From NCBI GenBank assembly GCA_002269645.1, contig NIVC01000455.1:1-64000 (forward strand): DNA of 64,000 bases. Reading direction: 5' to 3'. The position numbers and the translations under genes are program-made. Positions 57,186 to 64,000 of this stretch are shown here, piece by piece. The notes under the pieces are model-generated. The model saw only the letters and a program-made list of their open reading frames with translations. It ran no database searches and was not told where the DNA came from. The DNA comes from Macrostomum lignano. Its lineage: Eukaryota. Every line of letters begins with the position of its first letter. The stretch's first letter is position 1.

Positions 57186-57444
57186 CAAGGACTACTTAAC
57201 AACTCAGGGCGTTACACTCGCGGTCGCGAATGGTAGAAATTCTAGAAAAGGCCACTTGCTTTAGCTGTTTGTATAGTTGTGAAAATAAATATTATAAGTA
57301 TATAACGCGAAAAAATTATAATTATCTATCACTAGATATATTTTAGCACTTGTTTCTTTATTGAAAAGGCTATTGAAAAGCCATAGACACAACTAAAGCA
57401 AGCGGTTCGCGAGTGTAACGTCCTGAGCTGTTAAGTAGTTCTTG
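57186..57444. mobile_element. MITE with 37-bp TIRs
   Basis: caaggactacttaacaactcagggcgttacactcgcg versus cgcgagtgtaacgtcctgagctgttaagtagttcttg; near-identical 8-bp flanks aagttgaa/atgttgaa. Confidence 0.75.
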
Positions 57445-58130
57445 ATGTTGAATTAGCTGAAAGAGTCCTGTCAAACTCATAAGCTTCTGGTTTTTATGGC
57501 TTAAAGAATCAAGTCATAAAAGAAATTTAACTCACAATTTATTTCGCATTGTTTTGACTAATGATATAGTTTTGAACCAATTTGTTATACTATTAAATGG
57601 TTTGGCTATAAACTTACACAGCCACAAAGGCTAAAGAGACCACAAAGAAATTTACTTTCATATCAAAACTGGCAGACTTATGCTTTTATTTTAAATTTTG
57701 TGCAACTAATTTGATTGATTTGCAATGTGAATTTTAATACATAATATATGATTTGAATATTTTTAATATAATTTTACATAATGTCTTTGATTTGGTATAG
57801 CTTAAAATTGTAATGTTATATGAAGTCTAGTTAGTCTACAATATACAATACATTCTTTTTTATATTTTTTGCTGCATATAATAATTTATTTACTCTTTTG
57901 TGTAAGCTTACAGACCTATTATTTTTAATAGCTAAATCTGATTAAGGGGAATTCAAGGTCTGTCTGCTACATGCTAAGCAAAAAATGAAAGATGTGAAAA
58001 CTTTTGTATTTGGATTCATAGAATAAGTTTGTTTCTCTTTGAGCAACGCTTTACACTCCCTACTGAGTGTTAAACTCAATGTGGCTTTGCATCTTCTGTT
58101 CTAACTTGAGTCACACTGACTGAACTGACC

Positions 58131-61100
58131 ATGTCAGCCAACGGACCTCTGCCCCTGGCACAGGGCTCAGCTGCAGGCTTTGTGCAACTCAGGCCAGGAT
58201 TCCAGACTGGCGAGTGGCAGCCAATGATCCCGCCATTGCTAACTGTAGCAGGCTTTGAGAACCAGCTGATCAGTCTGGTTGCTGGGCCAGATCAAATTCA
58301 GCAGCTCCATCTGTTGTCACCTGTAGTCGCATCCGCAGAGCCGCCCGTGGTCCTGCCATTGCCGCTGGCTCCATTCAAGCTTGCCACCACCGCCCAGCAC
58401 GATGCCGGCGCTGCGTCATTCGCCTGTCCGGAGCGGTCTGTCGGCGGCGCGGAGCTTCAGTTCAACTTCGCTCTGTCTGCCTGCACCTCGCCCCTGATTA
58501 AGCTCAATGAGGAGCCGCTGACTTATTTGAATCAAGGCGAGTCCACAGTTATAGTTTAACAAAAATTTTAACTCTTGATTTTAATTCCGCACCTAATCCT
58601 CAAGTTGTTTCTCAATTGCAGGTCAGCCGTATGAAGTGACAATGTCCTGCTCTGCCAGTGCGGACATAGCGCGAAATCTTAGAGTGAGAAATCTTCTGAG
58701 CATGTTGCTGAGCGGCTGAGTAGGATCAGAATTCAGAATCTTGGGAGGGGATCAGCAGGTGGGGAGGGGATCAGCAGGTGGGGAGGAGATCAAAGGTAGG
58801 GAGGGGATCAGCAGGTAGGGAGGGGATCAGCAGGCAGGGAGGGGATCAGCAGGTGGGGAGGGGATCAAAGGTAGGGAGGGGATCAGCAGGTAGGGAGGGG
58901 ATCAAAGGTAGGGAGGGGATCAGCAGGTAGGGAGGGGATCAAAGGTAGGGAGGAGATCAGCAGGTAGGGAGGGGATCAAAGGTAGGGAGGAAATCAAAGG
59001 TAGGGAGGGGATCAGCAGGTGGGGAGGGGATCAGCAGGTAGGGAGGGGATCAGCAGGCAGGGAGGGGATCAGCAGGCAGGGAGTGGATCAGCAGGCAGGG
59101 AGGGGATCAGCAGGTGGGGAGGGGATCAGCAGGTAGGGAGGGGATCAAAGGTAGGGAGGGGATCAGCAGGTGGGGAGGGGATCAGCAGGTAGGGAGGAGA
59201 TCAGCAGGCAGGGAGGAGATCAGCAGGCAGGGAGGGGATCAGCAGGCAGGGAGGGGATCAGCAGGTGGGGAGGGGATCAGCAGGTAGGGAGGGGATCAGC
59301 AGGCAGGGAGGGGATCAGCAGGCAGGGAGTGGATCAGCAGGCAGGGAGGGGATCAGCAGGCAGGGAGGGGATCAGCAGGCAGGGAGGGGATCAGCAGGTG
59401 GGGAGGAGATCAGCGGGTACGGAGGGGATCAGCAGGTAGGGAGGGGATCAGCAGGTCATTTAGCTAAGCAGCCAATGGCAAAAGCCCAGTCACTGCGACA
59501 ACCCCGCCTGGCAACCCCCAGAGCGAGTTTCGAGCCGGCTTCTACGACCGGCGCCTGCAGTTCATGGAGCAGGAGCACCTGGAGTGCTGGCGCCAGAACC
59601 GGCCTGGTGAACGGGTTCTCGACATCGACATCCCGCTGTCCTACAACCTGCGCGGGATCGCCGCCTCCCCTGCCTGCATCAACGCGGTGGAGGTCCTGTG
59701 GCAGCCGGGAGCTCCGTGCGCTGCCTGCATGAAGCTCAACTGCATCAGCACCGAGTTCACGACCAGGAAGCACGGCGGAGAGAAGGGAGTCCCCTTCCGC
59801 CTGCAGATTGACACCTTCGACCAAGACAGCGGCGACCACCTGTGCAGCGTGGCCGCTCAGGTCAAGGTGAGAGTTGTGGTTCAATGGTTTCCGGTTTTGC
59901 TGCTTCTGGCTTTCGCTCCCACTTCCCCTCACAATTCCCCATTTCCTCCGCTTCCCCTCACTATTCACCATCACTCCTTCACAATTCCCCATTCCCCTAT
60001 CACTTCCCCCACAATTCCCCATTCCCTTCCCACTTCCCCTCACTATTCCCATCCCTCCCTCACAATTCCCCATCTCCACTTCCCCTAACAATTCCCCATC
60101 CCTCCATCACAATTCCCCATCCCTCCCTCACAATCCCCATCCCTCCCTCACAATTCCTCATCCGTCCTTCACAATCCCCATTCCTCCCTCACAATTCCCC
60201 ATCCCTCCCTCACAATTCCCCATCCCTCCCTCACAATTCCTCATCCGTCCTTCACAATTCCCCATCCCTCCCTCACAAATCCCCATTCCTCCCTCACAAT
60301 TCCCCATTCCTCCCTCACAATTCCCCATCCCTCCCTCACAATTCCCCATCACTCCCTCACAATTCCCCATTCCTCCCTCACAAATCCCCATTCCTCCCTC
60401 ACAATTCCCCATCCCTCCCTCACAAATCCCCATTCCTCCCTCACAAATCCCCATTCCTCCCTCACAATTCCCCATCCCCACTTCCCCTCCCACTTCCCCT
60501 CACAATTCCCCATCCCTCCCTCACATCCCCATCCCTCCCTCACAATTCCCCATCCGCCCCTCACAATTCCCCATCCCTCCCTCACAAATCCCCATTCCTC
60601 CCTCACATCCCCATTCCTCCCTCACAATTCCCCATCCCTCCCTCACATCCCCATCCCTCCCTCACATCCCCATCCCTCCCTCACAATTCCCCATCCCTCC
60701 CTCACAATTCCCCATCCCTCCCTCACATCCCCATCCCTCCCTCACATCCCCATCCCTCCCTCACATCCCCATTCCTCCCTCACATCCCCATTCCTCCCTC
60801 ACAATTCCCCATCCCTCCCTCACATCGTCATCCCTCCCTCACATCCCCATCCCTCCCTCACAATTCCCCATCCCTCCCTCACAATTCCCCATCCCTTCGT
60901 TCCTTTGGCCCACACCTGTGCTCCCTTCTCCAGCCGCCTTGCCCTGAGTCGCAGCGCCCCCCCCCGTGACCGGCGCGCAGGTGTTCAAGCCGAAGGGCGC
61001 CGACCGCAAGCACAAGATGGATTTTAAGAAATTCGAAAGGCGCACAGACGCCGAGCGCAGCAAGTACCAGCCGTCTGCGCCGGTCACCCTGTTCCGGCCA

Positions 61101-64000
61101 ACTGCCCTGACGCCGCCAGTCTCGACCGCGGCTGACAGCAGGAGCCACCGGCACAACAGCACCAGCAGCTGCGGCAGTCTGCCGAGCCACTGCTGCGCTC
61201 TCGGCAAGTCTTCGTTGGGAAGCGCGCTTGCACAGATGGCGCCTGCGGAGCCTGAGATGTTCTCGTAAGTGCTATTTAGGACACTCATTTGACTGGGATC
61301 GATTTCTGTCACTCCTTGGACTGGGATTTCCGTCACTCTTTAGACTGGGATTTCCGTCACTCTTTAGACTGAGATTTCCATCACTCTTTAGACTGGGATT
61401 TCCGTCACTCTTTAGACTGGGATTTCCGTCACTCTTTAGACTAGGATTTCCGTCATTCTCTGGACTGGGATTTCCGTCACTCCTTAGACTGGGAATTTCC
61501 GTCACTCTTTAGACTGAGATTTCCGTCACTCTTTAGACTGGGATTTCTGTCACTCTTTAGACTGGGATTTCCGTCACTCCTTGGACTGGACTCCCTGGAT
61601 TTCCGTCACTTCTTGGACGCATCGTTCAGTCGCCACTAACCGGTTTTACCTGCCAATGACTCGACCATTACCCTGCTCTCTCGCTCCTTCGCAGCGAGCA
61701 GCCACAGCTGCAGCCGGCGGGCTCCTTCAGCTCCGGCGCCTCAACAGGCAGCCCGCTGTCCGCGCACTCACCGCCTCCGCATCCGCCGTTTCCGCCTTCG
61801 ACCACCGACGCCTCGGCGAGGCCACAGCCGCTGTCAATCTCGCCGTCGACTTCGCCTCGCCAAGTGGCGGACTGGCTGCAGCGGCACCGGTTCCAGCCGG
61901 AACTCATCGGCAGGCTGGCCGGCTTCGGCGGAACCGACCTGCTGCGGCTGAACCGGGCCGACCTGGCCGAGTTGTGCGGCCGGGTTGAAGGCATTCGCTT
62001 GGCCAACTGCCTGACCGGCCGAAATAGGCAGCGGCCGCGGCTGCTGATCTACGTTAGCCAGGAGAGCGAGAGCGGTGCGGGACCCTTCATGCTTCATGTT
62101 CCTATGAGCTAGCATATGACCTGAAGTGCCTGAAGTGTGCACCCCAATGGCTCAAGTGGACAGACACTCCTGTGCTTCATCTGATGTGCTTCATGATGAT
62201 CAGTTGCTCCAATAACCATGGGAACAATGAACCATGACCCAGTGACCCTATGACCCAGTGACCCTATGACCCAGTGACCCTATGACCCAGTGACCCTATG
62301 ACCCAGTGACCCTATGACCCAGTGACCCTATGACCCAGTGACCCTATGACCCAGTGACCCTATGACCCAGTGACCCTATGACCCAGTGACCCTATGACCC
62401 AGTGACCCTATGACCCAGTGACCCTATGACCCAGTGACCCTATGACCCAGTGACCCTATGACCCAGTGACCCTATGACCCAGTGACCCTATGACCCAATG
62501 ACCCTATGACCCCTGACCCAATATTGCAGTGTTCCACCCGGTGTACCCAATGACCCCTGACCCAATATTGCAGTGTTCCACCCGGTGTACCCAATGACCC
62601 CTGACCCAATATTGCAGTGTTCCACCCGGTGTACCCAATGACCCCTGACCCAATATTGCAGTGTTCCACCCGGTGTACCCAATGACCCCTGACCCAATAT
62701 TGCAGTGTTCCACCCGGTGTACCCAATGACCCCTGACCCAATATTGCAGTGTTCCACCCGGTGTACCCAATGACCCCTGACCCAATATTGCAGTGTTCCA
62801 CCCGGTGTACCCAATGACCCCTGACCCAATATTGCAGTGTTCCACCCGGTGTACCCAATGACTCCTGACCCAATATTGCAGTGTTCCACCCGGTGTACCC
62901 AATGACCCCTGACCCAATATTGCAGTGTTCCACCCGGTGTACCCAATGACCCCTGACCCAATATTGCAGTGTTCCACCCGGTGTACCTGGCGCAGCTGTC
63001 GCAGGCGGAGCTCTGCTCCAAGGTGTTCGGCCTGTTCCAGTTGGATTCGGACAAAATCTCGCAGGTTTTGCTGCACGGCCCTGGCGGAATTCCCGTGAGC
63101 ATCACTGATGAGGTGAGTGCTCAGCAACGGCCTGCTGCGCTGCTGTATAGCTGGCGGGAATTTAATGGCCTCTTAAACAGCATTGGCACAGCGCTTACTT
63201 GAATAGAAAGCTGCCAGTCTCAGTGCATTCATCTTGAGCTGCCCAGTGTGCAAATTCAAGACCCTCTGGCTGCAAATGTTTAAGTGTTTTAATTACCAAC
63301 AAGCTCAAAAATCCAATTATATTTGTCACATTCGTTACCTGCTACATTTTCAAGCCTTGCTACTTTTGCTAGTAGTATCTAACTTGAGTAGCATCAACCA
63401 GCTGATTGCAGCACGTGACGGGAAACATTAGCGGGTTGGAACAGGTAAGGCTTTAAGACAGGCACAGGTGATAACTTAAGACAGGCACAAGTGAGGCCCT
63501 GAGACAGGCACAAGTGAGGCATTGAGACAGGCACAGAAAAGGCCTTGAGACAGGCACATGAGAGGCCTTGAGACAGGCACAGGTGAACCATTGAGACAGG
63601 CACAGGTGAGGCTCTGAGACAGGCACAGGTGAGGCCCTGAGACAGGCACAGGTGAGGCCCTGAGACAGGCACAGGTGAGGCCCTGAGACAGGCACAGGTG
63701 AGGCCCTGAGACAGGCACAGGTGAGGCCCTGAGACAGGCACAGGTGAGGCCCTGAGACAGGCACAGGTGAGGCCTTGAGACAGGCACAGGTGAGGCCCTG
63801 AGACAGGCACAGGTGAGGCTCTGAGACAGGCACAGGTGAGGCCCTGAGACAGGCACAGGTGAGGCCCTGAGACAGGCACAGGTGAGGCCCTGAGACAGGC
63901 ACAGGTGAGGCCCTGAGACAGGCACAGGTGACGCCCTGAGACAAGAAACCTGTCAAGACCGCAATCGCCCCGCAGTGCGTGGGTCAGATGGAGTTCGAGT
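58131..64000 (+). CDS. TFCP2: CP2/LSF-subfamily transcription factor (TFCP2/UBP1/gemini-like); 3' end runs out of the window
   Basis: Exons 58131..58536, 58622..58683, 59522..59866, 60981..61264, 61695..62074, 62970..63112, and probably 63976..end. CP2 domain FNFALSACTSP..KLNEEPLTYLNQGQPYE, DRRLQFMEQEHLECWRQNRPGERVLDIDIPLS, KLNCISTEFTTRKHGGEKGVPFRLQIDTF, QVKVFKPKGADRKHKMD; SAM-like WLQRHRF..FGGTDLLRLNRADL.ELCG.VEGIRL; C-terminal VFHPVYL..GPGGIPVSITDE. Confidence 0.93.
58742..59455. repeat. Intronic minisatellite, 19-bp unit
   Basis: gggaggggatcagcaggt(a/g). Confidence 0.95.
59910..60900. repeat. Intronic minisatellite, 21-bp unit
   Basis: ccctccctcacaattccccat. Confidence 0.95.
61290..61615. 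repeat. Intronic minisatellite, 24-bp unit
   Basis: actgggatttccgtcactctttag. Confidence 0.9.
62232..62505. repeat. Intronic minisatellite, 16-bp unit
   Basis: gacccagtgaccctat. Confidence 0.95.
62505..62987 (+). repeat. Tandem repeat of a splice acceptor plus exon start, 44-bp unit, 11 copies
   Basis: Unit cccaatgacccctgacccaatattgcAG|tgttccacccggtgta; the last copy is the true start of the TFCP2 exon at 62970. Confidence 0.93.
63452..63945 (+). repeat. Intronic minisatellite, 23-bp unit containing a donor-like CAG|GTGAGG, about 21 copies
   Basis: gagacaggcacaggtgaggccct. Confidence 0.93.

Noticed and set aside
1-64000. tRNA, rRNA, snRNA or spliced-leader RNA genes
   Set aside because: None recognised by eye; a tRNAscan-SE or Infernal search would be needed to exclude them.

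Overview
Eukaryotic (animal) genomic DNA: GC-rich exons separated by introns and intergenic spaces packed with minisatellites. This architecture suggests a flatworm such as Macrostomum, but that is inference only. Host genes reconstructed exon by exon: the 3' end of a GH31 MYORG-like glycosidase (+), a small orphan 2-TM protein (-), RPP21 (-), a C-type lectin/4-sushi/TM receptor (+), ULK3 (-, 11 exons, ending in a CaaX box), DCTD (-), TBCE (-, 7 exons) and a TFCP2/LSF-type transcription factor (+, runs off the window). TBCE intron 1 holds a defective Ty3/Gypsy LTR retrotransposon. It has gag, a -1 frameshift signal, protease and RT, lacks most of RNase H/integrase, and carries two extra ORFs after pol: an HPD J-domain and an HP1-like chromodomain, possibly spliced into one protein. 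A three-level nest of non-autonomous DNA transposons sits at 53.0-55.9 kb inside a strongly CpG-depleted domain. Several minisatellites are built from gene-processing landmarks: a splice acceptor plus exon start repeated 11 times, a donor-like motif repeated about 20 times, a stop-codon context and a poly(A)-signal context. Most long ORFs in the supplied track are translations of these repeats. All protein identifications come from motif recognition by eye, not from database searches.
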